A stretch of 64,000 nt of DNA from Candidatus Latescibacterota bacterium (GCA_965208125.1 OZ242320.1:3168001-3232000); one strand, 5' to 3'; counted from the first letter of the stretch, positions 19,384-29,985 are shown. The notes: generated from the sequence alone by a model not told the origin. Translations and numbers: made by a program.

Positions 19384-22146
19384 ATGTCAAAACGCGCGTT
19401 TGTTCTCCTCATTTTGGGTTTTGCTGTTTTTGCAGCTTTTGTTGGGCTGAGGCTGCTCTCGGTGATTTATACCGATTTTCTCTGGTTTTCGTCACTCGGT
19501 TTTCACGACGTATTTATCACCATTATACGCACCAAAACCCTCGCCCTTTTTGCATTTGGAAGTGTTTTTGCACTGATCTGTGGTATCAGTATTGTCGCTG
19601 CTCGGCGCTATGGGCAGCCCACGCGTATTATGGCGCTTGAGGTTATTATCGATGGCGATGTTCCCATACCGCCTGATCATTCTCTCCGACAGCGTTACGC
19701 CTGGATCGGCATTGTCGCGCTGTTGTCCTTTTTTATGGGGGTTGCAGGCACTTCGGCCTGGTCAGTTGTTCTAAAATACATCAATCCCACCTCTTTTGAT
19801 CTGGCTGATCCCATATTTGGGTACGACATAGCATTTTATGTTTTCAGCCTGCCGCTGTACAATTTTCTGCAGGGTTGGCTCATTTCTGCAGTTATTGTGA
19901 CGGGGGTTGCTACGGTTGTTTCCTATCACCAGGATAGAGCGATTCGATTCGATGATAAGCGCTGGATTACGACCCCACAGGTGCGGGCACACGTCTCGAT
20001 TCTCGGCGCTGTTCTCGCTCTTTTACTCGCGTGGGGGTATTGGCTAAAAAGATACGAATTGCTCTTTTCCTTTCGCAAAGAAGCTTTTTTTGGCGCGGGT
20101 TATACAGATCTCAATATTCAGATTTGGGCTTATTATCTGATGCTTTTGGGGCTTATTATTCTGGCGGGTTTGCTCTTTTACAACGTGTGCGTTCGCACAT
20201 GGAAGATTCCCGGATTTGGTGCGGCGGGCTATCTCGGTGCGATTATTGTCGTGAGCTGGTGCATCCCTATTATTTTTGAATTGGTGGTTGTGCGACCCAA
20301 TGAATTTGACAGAGAAAAGCCCTATATTGAACATGCCATCAATTACACGCGCAAAGCATATCGTTTGGATAAGATCGAGGAGGTGCCTTTTCCCGGCGAA
20401 TCTGATCTCACTGCGGATGATATCGCAGATAATCAGGCTACCATACAAAGTATTCCGCTGTGGGATCGCCGCCCGCTTATGGATACGTATTCGCAGATTC
20501 AGGAAATTCGGTCCTACTACAAATTTCGAAGTGTCGATGTGGATCGGTATCGCATTGATGACACGTATCGGCAGGTTATGCTGGCCGCGCGCGAACTGGC
20601 GAGAAATCCGCGCGATTTACCAGGGGATACATGGGTCAATCGACATCTTGTGTACACGCATGGATACGGTCTGGTGATGAGTCCGGCGAATGAGATTGCA
20701 GCCGAAGGACTGCCGGGATTTCTGCTCAAAGATATTCCACCAGTCTCATCGAATGGCATTGAGGTTGCCCGCCCCGAACTCTATTACGGGGAGGACATGC
20801 GCGATTATGTTATCGTTCGGACCAATACACCCGAATTTGACTATCCCAAAGGCGATGAGAATATATACACGAATTATCAGGGACGCGGTGGTGTGCCATT
20901 GGGCGGATTTTTGACGCGCCTTGCATTTGCCATTCGCTTTGTCGATCCATTTATTATTTTTACCGATGCGATAACGCCCCAAAGTCGCATTGTGTTTGAC
21001 CGGCACATCGGCACTCGCTTTGGCGAAGATGCCCCGCGGCGGTTTGACAAAATTGCTCCCTTTCTCCGTTTTGACAACGATCCCTATCTCGCCGTGGTGG
21101 AAGGCCGCCTGCTCTGGATACAGGATGCTTATACTATATCCAATATGTTTCCCTATTCGATGCCTTATGGACGGCCTTATGTGCGAGAGATGAATTATAT
21201 CCGAAATTCTGTCAAAGTGGTACTCGACGCGTACAATGGGAGTGTCACTTTCTATGCCTGGGATACGAGTGACCCTCTTCTCAAGACCTATATGGCGATT
21301 TTTCCGCACCTGTTCAAGTCAGCCGATGAAATCAGTCCTGCACTTCGCGCACACTTGCGGTATCCGATAGATCTCTTTGATATTCAGGCGTCGCTTTACA
21401 ATACGTATCATATGACCACTCCGATAGTGTTCTACAACCGCGAAGATGTGTGGGAGATTCCCACAGAATACTACGGCACAGTTGATCGCCCCATTCGCAT
21501 GCGTCCGTATTATGTGATGGCGCGTTTGCCGGATGAAGACCACGAAGAATATATTCTCATGCTGCCGGCTACGCCTTCCAACAAACCCAATATGATCGGC
21601 TGGATATTTGCGCGCTGTGACGGAGAAAATTACGGACGACTCGTGGTCTATAAATTACCGAAGGAAAAGCTCATTTATGGGCCGATGCTCATTGAACAAC
21701 GCATCAATCAGGATACTGATATTTCCCGAGAGATTACGCTATGGGACCAGCGCGGGTCAGATGTCATACGCGGCAATTTGCTGGTTATTCCCATCCGCAA
21801 TTCGTTCATTTACGTCGAGCCGCTTTATTTGCGCGCATCCCAACACGGCATGCCAGAACTCAAGCGCGTGCTCGCTATTCACGGTGATCGCCTCGCTATG
21901 GGCGAAGATCTCAACGATGCTCTCAACAGGGTTTTTGCCAAAACAACGGGCACGCGAGTTCGGGATACTGAAATTTTGCCAGAAGACCTCAAAACACTCG
22001 CCCGGCAGGCGTATCGGCAATTTGAAACGGCGCAAAAGCACTTACAAGCGGGCGCATTTTCCGATTATGGACAAAGCGTTGAGGCACTGCGCCAAACCCT
22101 TCGGCGCATGTATGAAAGTGAAGGACAAAATAGACGAGATGAATAG
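19384..22146 (+). CDS. UPF0182 family membrane protein
   Basis: N-terminal TMs, 'DPIFGYDIAFYVFSLP', 'GAGYTD', 'HLVYTHGYG', 'NYIRNSVKV', 'YVEPLYL'. Confidence 0.92.
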   Translation: MSKRAFVLLILGFAVFAAFVGLRLLSVIYTDFLWFSSLGFHDVFITIIRTKTLALFAFGSVFALICGISIVAARRYGQPTRIMALEVIIDGDVPIPPDHSLRQRYAWIGIVALLSFFMGVAGTSAWSVVLKYINPTSFDLADPIFGYDIAFYVFSLPLYNFLQGWLISAVIVTGVATVVSYHQDRAIRFDDKRWITTPQVRAHVSILGAVLALLLAWGYWLKRYELLFSFRKEAFFGAGYTDLNIQIWAYYLMLLGLIILAGLLFYNVCVRTWKIPGFGAAGYLGAIIVVSWCIPIIFELVVVRPNEFDREKPYIEHAINYTRKAYRLDKIEEVPFPGESDLTADDIADNQATIQSIPLWDRRPLMDTYSQIQEIRSYYKFRSVDVDRYRIDDTYRQVMLAARELARNPRDLPGDTWVNRHLVYTHGYGLVMSPANEIAAEGLPGFLLKDIPPVSSNGIEVARPELYYGEDMRDYVIVRTNTPEFDYPKGDENIYTNYQGRGGVPLGGFLTRLAFAIRFVDPFIIFTDAITPQSRIVFDRHIGTRFGEDAPRRFDKIAPFLRFDNDPYLAVVEGRLLWIQDAYTISNMFPYSMPYGRPYVREMNYIRNSVKVVLDAYNGSVTFYAWDTSDPLLKTYMAIFPHLFKSADEISPALRAHLRYPIDLFDIQASLYNTYHMTTPIVFYNREDVWEIPTEYYGTVDRPIRMRPYYVMARLPDEDHEEYILMLPATPSNKPNMIGWIFARCDGENYGRLVVYKLPKEKLIYGPMLIEQRINQDTDISREITLWDQRGSDVIRGNLLVIPIRNSFIYVEPLYLRASQHGMPELKRVLAIHGDRLAMGEDLNDALNRVFAKTTGTRVRDTEILPEDLKTLARQAYRQFETAQKHLQAGAFSDYGQSVEALRQTLRRMYESEGQNRRDE

Positions 22147-23047
22147 TCAGGTCTCAAAGTGGGCTGGTTTGCTCACTGAACAGCGCAATCCCAATAGCAC
22201 CCACATTGACCGGTGTTCGACGGTGGATGCATTGCGCCTTATCAATGCCGAAGATCAAAAAGTAGCGCATGCTGTTGAAGGTGTGATAGATGATGTTGCC
22301 TGTGCTGTCGATCTCGTGGTATCGGCATTGCAAAAGGGCGGCCGCCTCTTTTATGTCGGCGCGGGAACCAGTGGTCGCCTCGGCGTTCTCGATGCGTCTG
22401 AATGCCCGCCGACCTATGGCGTGTCACCCGATCTCGTACAGGGTATTATTGCCGGCGGTATTCCCGCTTTGACACATTCACAAGAAGGCGCGGAAGACCA
22501 TCCAGAAGACGGAAAAGCAGCGCTTAAAGATCGCGGTTGCACATCCGATGATGTCGTTATGGGCATTGCGGCGAGTGGGGTTACACCTTTTGTGCTCGGC
22601 GCGCTTGAATACGCACAACGCATTGGCGCAAAGACTTTGTTTTTTACATGTAATCCAGATGTGATAGAAAAAGTACGCACAGATGTCGCGATTGTTCCTG
22701 TGGTGGGGCCAGAAGTCATTACCGGTTCGACGCGCATGAAAGCGGGTACGGCAACCAAACTCGTGCTCAATATGATTACTACAACGGCTATGATCCGCCT
22801 GGGCAAAGTCTATGAAAATCTGATGGTTGACCTCGCGCTGACCTGCGACAAACTCATAGACCGTGCCGAACGCATTTTAGGGATTGTATCTGATCTGACG
22901 CCTGAAGAAAGTCGTCGGGCACTCGACGATGCACAGGGCGATCTCAAAACGGCTATTATCATGACAAAACGGGCTGTTTCTATAGAGACAGCCCGCGATT
23001 TACTGCGGCAAAATGATGGCGTTATCAACAAGGTTCTGGTAGATTAA
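22139..23047 (+). CDS. murQ: N-acetylmuramic acid 6-phosphate etherase
   Basis: 'TEQRNP', 'GAGTSGRLGVLDASECPPTYG', 'GPEVITGSTRMKAGTATK'; ATG overlaps the upstream stop. Confidence 0.95.
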   Translation: MNSQVSKWAGLLTEQRNPNSTHIDRCSTVDALRLINAEDQKVAHAVEGVIDDVACAVDLVVSALQKGGRLFYVGAGTSGRLGVLDASECPPTYGVSPDLVQGIIAGGIPALTHSQEGAEDHPEDGKAALKDRGCTSDDVVMGIAASGVTPFVLGALEYAQRIGAKTLFFTCNPDVIEKVRTDVAIVPVVGPEVITGSTRMKAGTATKLVLNMITTTAMIRLGKVYENLMVDLALTCDKLIDRAERILGIVSDLTPEESRRALDDAQGDLKTAIIMTKRAVSIETARDLLRQNDGVINKVLVD

Positions 23048-24573
23048 GCCTTATTTTGTTCCCCTTGATAGAATGCTTTTACCAGGCTGTCGAGAAAGTT
23101 TTTGGGCTGGCGCACGGCTTCTGCAGTAATGACAAAAGATTGGTGTCCCAACAGCTTTAGCCCATGTCCGTAATCGTCGAATAAATCCGGACAGACTTCT
23201 TCAACTGTGCGATTTTCTTTTGCGGCCTTTTCGGCAAGTGCGCCCAGTGCCTCATCGTCAAAGATGAGTGCGATGCCATAAGCATTCTGGAATCGCTTCG
23301 CAAACGCGTTTGTGCCCCGCAGGATCAGCAACTGCTGAAGTGCGTGATCGGGATTTTCAATCACATTTTTTGTGACGTGAAACGAATCGATTTCTGTCGA
23401 TGGTAATGATTTTTCAAATTTTAGCAGTGTGCGTTCACATACGCTGACCAGACTTCGCGCACCGGTTTGTTCCTGGGCTGCTTGTTCGGCCAATAACCTG
23501 AGCGCTTCGTCGTCAAAAGTCAGATCAATGCCATAGGCTTTGAAGTCGCGTTTTTTGCCCAGAATTACCGAACTGGTCTGGCTCTGCAAAATCGCGTAGA
23601 GATCGTCAACGCTCAAGGGCGTTAAAACTGCTGTTACGGGCAACCGCCCCACAAACTCAGATTCAAAACCGTATTCGATCAAGTCTTCTGTTTTGGCGTG
23701 TTGCAAAAGTTCTGTGTGGTCCTGTTCGTGAGATATGTCGCGCCCGGATTGGAACCCGACTTTGCCCAGATTGAGACGCTTTCGCACGATATCATTGAGG
23801 CCGCTAAATGCACCGCTTACGATAAACAGGATGTTGCGCGTGTTAATTTTTTGACGCTCTACTTTGCCACTGCGCTGAAATTGCATCATGGATTCCATCT
23901 GCGATGTGAGGTCGTGCGGTGCTTTGAGATCGACGTCGGTTTCTTCCATGAGCTTGAGCAAGTTGCGCTGAACGCCCGTGCGCGATACGTCTGGTCCGAC
24001 CAGATTTGAGGCTGATGCGATTTTGTCTATTTCGTCGATGTACACGATGCCGTATTGCGCCATTTCAATGCTGCCATCGGCTTCTCGCACGAGTTCTCGA
24101 ATCAGGTCTTCGACATCGCCACCTACATATCCCGTTTCGCTGAATTTTGTAGCATCGCCCTTGACAAATGGAACGCCAATGCGTTGTGCAATCAACTTGA
24201 TCAAATACGTTTTGCCCACGCCCGTAGGGCCAATCAGGAGTATATTGTTTTTGATTTGTCCTACATTTTTGCGCGAAAATTCCGGGTCTTCGCGGTCGAG
24301 TTTCATGCGATTGTAATGCGTACATATTTTGGTGGCTAATACTTCTTTTGCTTCGGCTTGTTGTACCACATACTCGTTTAAGTAAGCCTCCAACTCTTCG
24401 GGTTTGAGGTCAAAATCTATGGTTTGTTTCGCAGGTTCTTCCACGCGGGGACCTTCCTGCATCCCGTCAGTCTCCCCTTCGGGAAATACCACCTGATTCC
24501 CGTATTTTTCTTCGAGGAAGTTTTTGAGATCTTTTTGTAATTCTGCTGGAGAAAAAGGTCGTTTTTCAGACAT
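23044..24573 (-). CDS. ClpX-like AAA+ ATPase lacking the Zn finger, with C-terminal extension
   Basis: GPTGVGKT, 'GYVGGDVE', 'YIDEIDK', 'KVGF' loop, 'EFVGRLP', 'TGARSL'. Confidence 0.85.
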   Translation of the reverse strand: MSEKRPFSPAELQKDLKNFLEEKYGNQVVFPEGETDGMQEGPRVEEPAKQTIDFDLKPEELEAYLNEYVVQQAEAKEVLATKICTHYNRMKLDREDPEFSRKNVGQIKNNILLIGPTGVGKTYLIKLIAQRIGVPFVKGDATKFSETGYVGGDVEDLIRELVREADGSIEMAQYGIVYIDEIDKIASASNLVGPDVSRTGVQRNLLKLMEETDVDLKAPHDLTSQMESMMQFQRSGKVERQKINTRNILFIVSGAFSGLNDIVRKRLNLGKVGFQSGRDISHEQDHTELLQHAKTEDLIEYGFESEFVGRLPVTAVLTPLSVDDLYAILQSQTSSVILGKKRDFKAYGIDLTFDDEALRLLAEQAAQEQTGARSLVSVCERTLLKFEKSLPSTEIDSFHVTKNVIENPDHALQQLLILRGTNAFAKRFQNAYGIALIFDDEALGALAEKAAKENRTVEEVCPDLFDDYGHGLKLLGHQSFVITAEAVRQPKNFLDSLVKAFYQGEQNKA

Positions 24574-24715
24574 AAAAAAAGCTCCAGGGTCAAGGGGCTG
24601 GGAATAAGTGCTCAGTCCATCCTGAGTAATAACTGAAAGCACCTAAACAATACCAATACTGCTTCTAACTGTCAAGTTATCATCAGAACATACTATGTTA
24701 GGATGAGATACAGGT

Positions 24716-26443
24716 ATGAACCTTAGCCCACTAACACTTCGCAGATTATGCGATGAATTGCGGCCTCAGATCGACCATCGTCTGATTCGCGATGTGTACC
24801 TCGTAGGCCAACACGATCTGTTTTTGCATCTGGGCGATGCGGGGTACCTCTTGCTTTCCTCACATCCGAGTCGAAGTTGTCTGATGCTGACCCAACCGCC
24901 TATCGACGCCCAGCATGTGCGCATCCCCTGGGCGGATCGCTATTTGCGCGGTGCAGGTATTATTGACATTGAACACGTTCCCCATGAACGCATTGTGCAT
25001 CTCGTGGTTCGCAAGCGTGACCGCATTGGCACTGCTACCGATTCCCGCATTATATGCGAGTTGATCAACAGGTATGCCAATGTCATTCTCGTCGATATTA
25101 GAACGGAACGAATCCTGGGGGCACTCAGGTCCCTTCGCTCGCGCCAGAATCGCGTGCGGGAAATATCCCCGGGAAAGATCTATCAGCCGCCACCACCACT
25201 CGACCGCACACCACCGGAGAGCGCGAAGCTTTCCTTTTTGATTGATATTCCCGAAGATATGCGCGCAAATGCGCTTGTACAACATATTGCGGGTCTTGAC
25301 CTTTTATCCGCACGCGAATTGCTTCATATTGCTGGTTTTGTGGAAAAACGCCTGCTTTCCGCCAGCGATCTCGTAAATTTTGCAGAGATTATTCGCGCCT
25401 TTTTTGCAAATCCACCATTTTATGACGGGGGCCTGCGCGTGCGCGACGGGGATAATCACAACGCGATTTGTGCTCTTGATGTTCGGCATACGCAGATAGA
25501 ACAAGCGTATAGTACGCTCAGTGAAGCCATATCGGATGTTGCGGCGAGCGAAGTTCAGGCTGAAGCACTTAAAGGGCGACAAAAAAATATCGAGAAGGAT
25601 GTGAAAAAACGCCTGACTGTCTGCGAGCGGAAAATTGCGCGTATCCGCGCAGATATCGACGATGCGAGCAATGCAGATTTGTATGAAAAGATGGGAAATG
25701 TACTGATGTGCCACATCGCGCAGATTCCTCCGAATGTCGATACTATTACGTTGCCCGATGTGTTTAGTCCATCCAGTGGGGATATGGTTATTTCCCTCAA
25801 TCCGCGGCGTACAGCTTCGGAAAATGCCAGCGCGTATCTCAAGCGAGCGCGGAAAGCGCGAAAAGGTGCGCCCATTCACGCCAAACGCCTCGTGGCCGCG
25901 CAGAGGGAGAGGGATAAAATCCAGCAGTACATAGATCGCCTCAATACTGTCCGTTCGGAAGCCGAGTTCGACGAGATACGGCAGGAACTGGAAGACGCGC
26001 GCCTGATCAAAGCTCCTCAAAAGAGGTCGCAAGTCGGATCTAAACGCCAGAAGAGCGGCGATATTCATCCCAGGCGGTATCGCACACAAGATGGTTGGCG
26101 CGTGCTGGTGGGGCGAAATAATGCGGAAAATGACAGGCTTACCAAAAGTTCAGGCCGCGACGATCTCTTTTTGCACGTTCATGGATGCCCCGGATCTCAT
26201 GTGATTCTCAAACGCGATGGCAGAGCGGACCGCCCTTCTCGAAAAACACTTGAAGAAGCGGCCAGTCTGGCGGCTTATTGGAGCAAAGCGCGGGGGGCAA
26301 AAACTGTGCCGGTTAATTATACGGAGGTTCGCTATGTGCAAAAGCCGCGCGGAGCACCGCCGGGCCTGGTCACGATTCGCAATGAAAAAACCGTAATGGT
26401 CTCGCCTCGTGAACTCAAGCGAGAGGATGAGGAGTATTCGTAA
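24716..26443 (+). CDS. rqcH: Ribosome quality control factor RqcH (Rqc2/NFACT, FbpA-like)
   Basis: NFACT-N 'HERIV', coiled coils, NFACT-R 'VGRNNAENDRLT...FLHVHGCPGSHV...AASLAAYWSKAR...KPRGAPPG'. Confidence 0.9.
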   Translation: MNLSPLTLRRLCDELRPQIDHRLIRDVYLVGQHDLFLHLGDAGYLLLSSHPSRSCLMLTQPPIDAQHVRIPWADRYLRGAGIIDIEHVPHERIVHLVVRKRDRIGTATDSRIICELINRYANVILVDIRTERILGALRSLRSRQNRVREISPGKIYQPPPPLDRTPPESAKLSFLIDIPEDMRANALVQHIAGLDLLSARELLHIAGFVEKRLLSASDLVNFAEIIRAFFANPPFYDGGLRVRDGDNHNAICALDVRHTQIEQAYSTLSEAISDVAASEVQAEALKGRQKNIEKDVKKRLTVCERKIARIRADIDDASNADLYEKMGNVLMCHIAQIPPNVDTITLPDVFSPSSGDMVISLNPRRTASENASAYLKRARKARKGAPIHAKRLVAAQRERDKIQQYIDRLNTVRSEAEFDEIRQELEDARLIKAPQKRSQVGSKRQKSGDIHPRRYRTQDGWRVLVGRNNAENDRLTKSSGRDDLFLHVHGCPGSHVILKRDGRADRPSRKTLEEAASLAAYWSKARGAKTVPVNYTEVRYVQKPRGAPPGLVTIRNEKTVMVSPRELKREDEEYS

Positions 26444-26470
26444 ATTTTTTAATTTTTCAAGGGAGATATT

Positions 26471-27202
26471 GTGTCGCGAAAGAGGGTGTTGATTACAGGT
26501 GCAGCAGGGCGTATTGGCGTGGTTCTCACAGATGGTTTGCACGAGCGGTATCAACTGCGAGTGCTTTACAATCGCACAGTTTTAGATCAGAAGTACGACG
26601 AGGAAGTGATGGTGGGAAATATCACGGATCTGGAGAAGATGGAAGAGGCGGTGGATGGAATGGATGGCGTGGTTCACATGGCGGGCAATCCGTCGGGTGG
26701 TGCGACATTTGAAGAAACAGTTGAGGCGAATATTATCGGTACCTATAATATTTACGAGGCGTGCAAGCGCAGGGGGGTGAAGCGGGTGATTTTTGCCAGT
26801 ACAAATCACGTTACGGGCATGTATGAAAAGAAGGGTCCGATTTATACGACCTGGGAAATGCCCGTGCGTCCCGATAGTTATTACGGTGCGAGCAAAGCGT
26901 ATGGTGAAGCGTTGGGACGGTATTATGTCGATGAATATGGATTGTCTGTGATTTGCCATCGCATTGGGTCTTTTCAGCCTGTTTCTTCTGTTCGCAATCG
27001 AGGTAGTGACCGCATTTTATCGACCTGGCTGAGTTATAAAGATACGGTGCAATTGACCTGGCGAAGTATTGAGGCGTCGGAGAAAATTGATTTTGCAATT
27101 TATTACGGTATTTCGGATAATACGCGAGCGTATTGGGATCTTCAGAATGCGCGCGAAGAGATCGGGTATGATCCCGTGGATAATGCCGAGGATTATGTGT
27201 AA
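26471..27202 (+). CDS. NAD-dependent epimerase/dehydratase (uronate dehydrogenase-like)
   Basis: TGAAGRIG, 'FASTNHVTG', 'RPDSYYGASKAYGE', 'RIGSF', 'STWLS'. Confidence 0.85.
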   Translation: MSRKRVLITGAAGRIGVVLTDGLHERYQLRVLYNRTVLDQKYDEEVMVGNITDLEKMEEAVDGMDGVVHMAGNPSGGATFEETVEANIIGTYNIYEACKRRGVKRVIFASTNHVTGMYEKKGPIYTTWEMPVRPDSYYGASKAYGEALGRYYVDEYGLSVICHRIGSFQPVSSVRNRGSDRILSTWLSYKDTVQLTWRSIEASEKIDFAIYYGISDNTRAYWDLQNAREEIGYDPVDNAEDYV

Positions 27203-27233
27203 AAGGCGATCCGCAGATGAAAGAAGAGGGGGG

Positions 27234-27303
27234 ATGAATTAAGAATTGAGAATTAGGGGTTGGGTGGCGGGCTGACTGCTAATAGCTGACCGCTGATTGC
27301 TGA
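27234..27303. repeat. Heptamer tandem repeats (RRGAATT x3; GCTGAYN-like x5)
   Basis: Visible between convergent genes. Confidence 0.7.
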
Positions 27304-27322
27304 GCCGCAATCGGCGGTTTTT

Positions 27323-28204
27323 TTATGCGAGGTCGTGCAGGCGTTTGGCAGATGTTATGGTGTTGTACAGGAGCATGGTGATGGTCATGGGACCAACGCC
27401 GCCCGGAACGGGTGTGATGGCACGCGCTTTTTTGCTGATGGCTGTGTAATCGACATCGCCAACGAGGCGATAACCCGCTTTTTTGGATTTGTCGGGTACC
27501 CGGTTGACGCCAATGTCGATGACGACTGTGTCTTCTTGCACCATATCGGCTGTGATGGTGTTGGGATGTCCTGTTACTACAATGAGGATATCTGCCTGAC
27601 GGGTGAAGTGCCCGAGGTCGCGCGTGCCGGTATGGCATAAGGTGACGGTGGCATTTGTGGCTTTTTGCGAAAGGATGTTGGCGAGTGGACGCCCTACCAG
27701 GGTGCTGCGCCCTACGATGACGACGTGTTTGCCTGCGACTTCGAAGTTGCCGCGTTTGAGGATTTGTTGTACGCCATGGGGCGTGCAGGGCAAAAAACCT
27801 TCTTCACCGCGCATGAGGCGACCGAGGTTGACCGGGTGGAGACCATCTACATCTTTGTCTGGTGAGATGCTGTTGAGGGCAGTTTGTTCGTCAAAGCTCT
27901 GGGGCAAGGGAAGTTGAACGAGGATGCCGTGAATGGTGGGGTCGGCGTTGAGTTGTTCAATGGTGTCGAGAAGGTCGGATTCGGGCTGGTCGGCTGTCAG
28001 GGTGTGTTCAATAGAATATATGCCGATGTCCGCACAGGCTTTGCGTTTGCCTTTGATGTAGGATATGGATGCCGGATCGTCGCCGACGAGTACGACCGCG
28101 AGGCCAGGGGTGAGTTTGTGATATGCTTTGAGGTGCCTGACTTCTTCAGCCATTTCTGCGCGCATGGTTTTGGACAGGTCTGTGCCGTTTATGATTTTTG
28201 CCAT
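27323..28204 (-). CDS. folD: Bifunctional methylene-THF dehydrogenase/cyclohydrolase
   Basis: 'GILVQLPLP', 'KDVDGLHP', 'PCTP', 'GRSTLVGRP', 'ITPVPGGVGPMT'. Confidence 0.96.
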   Translation of the reverse strand: MAKIINGTDLSKTMRAEMAEEVRHLKAYHKLTPGLAVVLVGDDPASISYIKGKRKACADIGIYSIEHTLTADQPESDLLDTIEQLNADPTIHGILVQLPLPQSFDEQTALNSISPDKDVDGLHPVNLGRLMRGEEGFLPCTPHGVQQILKRGNFEVAGKHVVIVGRSTLVGRPLANILSQKATNATVTLCHTGTRDLGHFTRQADILIVVTGHPNTITADMVQEDTVVIDIGVNRVPDKSKKAGYRLVGDVDYTAISKKARAITPVPGGVGPMTITMLLYNTITSAKRLHDLA

Positions 28205-28230
28205 GATCGCTTTCTCCCATGTGAATGCCC

Positions 28231-28344
28231 AAAACAAAAATACGCCCGGGCGATGTGATTGTTTTTGCCCAGGCGGTCGGCATGTGATATAGTCCAGTGC
28301 TTCCTCGTGGTTATTTCCACTTTTCCGCCAGTTACACTGGATAT
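28231..28344 (-). ncRNA. ZMP/ZTP (pfl) riboswitch with terminator expression platform upstream of folD
   Basis: Minus strand: TCCAGTGTAACTGGCGGAAAAGTGGAAATAACCACGAGGAAGCACTGGA...GCCGACCGCCTGGGCA, then an alternative hairpin CGCCTGGGC/GCCCGGGCG plus U tract. Confidence 0.9.
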
Positions 28345-28412
28345 TTCTGTAAATTTAAGGGATTTGGGCAGACAATCCAAATCTTTTTTGGAAGTTACCA
28401 GCCCGCATTTTT

Positions 28413-29822
28413 TCAAAGGGAAATCGGATGCTCGGAATCTCTTTCCATTGTTTCGGGGAGTTGATAGACGTTGCCTTTTTTGTCGCAGAAGTAAAGGCAG
28501 GATTTGGATGCACATCGCGCATTGCCGTCGGCCCAGAGGGCGTAGAAGTCGGGGTGTGCATTGACGGGACTTCGGGCATAGGTGTGGTTGCGGGCGCTGT
28601 TTTGCGTGAGTTGTTTGACGCGCTTCCACGTTTGTCTTTTGCGTTCCCACATTGCCATTTCTCCGCCGGGATTGTAGGGTTGTGGTCCGGTTTCTGTGGG
28701 GGCGATGACGCGCCAGGTGCCGTCTGCTTCGAGGTAGAGGGACCCCATGTCGTAGTTGCTGTCGGATATGGTGATGGGGTGGGCGTGCCAGTCGCTCCCA
28801 GTCCATTGTAATAGGGTCCAGGTGCGCGGGCCATTTTCCGGGCCCGATTCATAACCTTTGCTGGTGATGACGAGAATGACGGGTTTGCCCTGTGGGTCGA
28901 GGCGAATGTCTTTGAGATAGACTTTCAATCCTTCGGCTTCGTAATCGCGCACAAGGGCGTTGTTGGGTGGGGTTGTAAGCGGAATTTCGACGGCTTCCCC
29001 GGCTGCATTTTGCCAGGTTTGTCCAAAGTCGAGGGTTTCGAGATAGTAGAGGTTGGTGCGCCAGTTGAGACCGAGAGGGTCGGGATGGTAGTTAAAGGCT
29101 GTGACGGCTTTTTGGCTGGAGCATATACTGATTTGATAATGTCCTTTTTCGATGGCGGCGAGGCGCGTCCATTCGGACCATTTGACGCCGTTGGGGCTGG
29201 TCATGAAGAAGAGGGTGCGGTCGGCCGGATCTTTGTAGCGGGTGACAAAATTGATGAAGCCGCGATCCGGTAAGTGCCAGGCTTGCATGTAGGAAAAGTT
29301 GTCCATGGGGCGTTCTTCGCCATTGAGGCGATAGGTTGCATCAATTTGCTCAAATTCGTCAATGGTGTAGGGTTTTGCGCTTCGGTGGATATACGAGGGG
29401 CGCGATAAGCCGTGTGCCGTTGAGAAGATCCAGATATAGCCGTCGTCGTCTATGGATATGACGGGGTTGTCGTGGGCGTCGGCTGTGTTTTTGTCGAGGA
29501 GGATGGTCGGACGGGGAACCTGTCGGGTTTTGTGGTCGAAGTAGGAGATCATGTGCAGGAGAAAACCGCTGCGATTGCGCGAGAAAGCGCGGTCGCCGTT
29601 GAGGTCTTCTTTGGCGTGTTTGAGATGTGCGTCAAGGGGTGTGCCGCCGTAACAGAAGAAGGTTTTGTCAACTTCGGGACGGTACACGGCAAAGGGGCGA
29701 TGTTTGGCACAGTACGTGCCCAATCCACCGCTGTATTTGTACACGTATTCATCGCCCGATGGCTGATTGTAATACCATATCCCGCGATAGCCCGTGTCTT
29801 TTTGGTTTAAGGTGAGGGGCAT
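28413..29822 (-). CDS. BNR-4 repeat beta-propeller protein (putative carbohydrate lyase/hydrolase)
   Basis: 'DAHDNPVISIDDDGYIWIFSTAHG', Asp-box-like 'SPNGVKWS', 'TLDFGQTWQ'; no signal peptide. Confidence 0.7.
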   Translation of the reverse strand: MPLTLNQKDTGYRGIWYYNQPSGDEYVYKYSGGLGTYCAKHRPFAVYRPEVDKTFFCYGGTPLDAHLKHAKEDLNGDRAFSRNRSGFLLHMISYFDHKTRQVPRPTILLDKNTADAHDNPVISIDDDGYIWIFSTAHGLSRPSYIHRSAKPYTIDEFEQIDATYRLNGEERPMDNFSYMQAWHLPDRGFINFVTRYKDPADRTLFFMTSPNGVKWSEWTRLAAIEKGHYQISICSSQKAVTAFNYHPDPLGLNWRTNLYYLETLDFGQTWQNAAGEAVEIPLTTPPNNALVRDYEAEGLKVYLKDIRLDPQGKPVILVITSKGYESGPENGPRTWTLLQWTGSDWHAHPITISDSNYDMGSLYLEADGTWRVIAPTETGPQPYNPGGEMAMWERKRQTWKRVKQLTQNSARNHTYARSPVNAHPDFYALWADGNARCASKSCLYFCDKKGNVYQLPETMERDSEHPISL

Positions 29823-29939
29823 AATTTTCTCCTTTGGAAGAAATATTCGTAGATAGTAAAAGAAAGAGAAAAAGAAACTCGCGTCAAGTTTCTTGACAAA
29901 GTTTGGTTTCATGACTTCATTGAAAAAATAATGCGCCAT

Positions 29940-29967
29940 GTAGAGGCGGTGCCCCTGTGCCCGCCCT
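29940..29967 (+). repeat. GTAG REP-like hairpin
   Basis: GTAGAGGCGGTGCCCCTGTGCCCGCCCT in the nitroreductase leader. Confidence 0.55.
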
Positions 29968-29985
29968 CCTTTAGAAAGGGTTATT

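Noticed and set aside
21608-22138. 479-aa ORF suggesting an N-terminally extended MurQ
   Set aside because: The extension overlaps UPF0182 in another frame; ATG 22139 gives a normal-length MurQ
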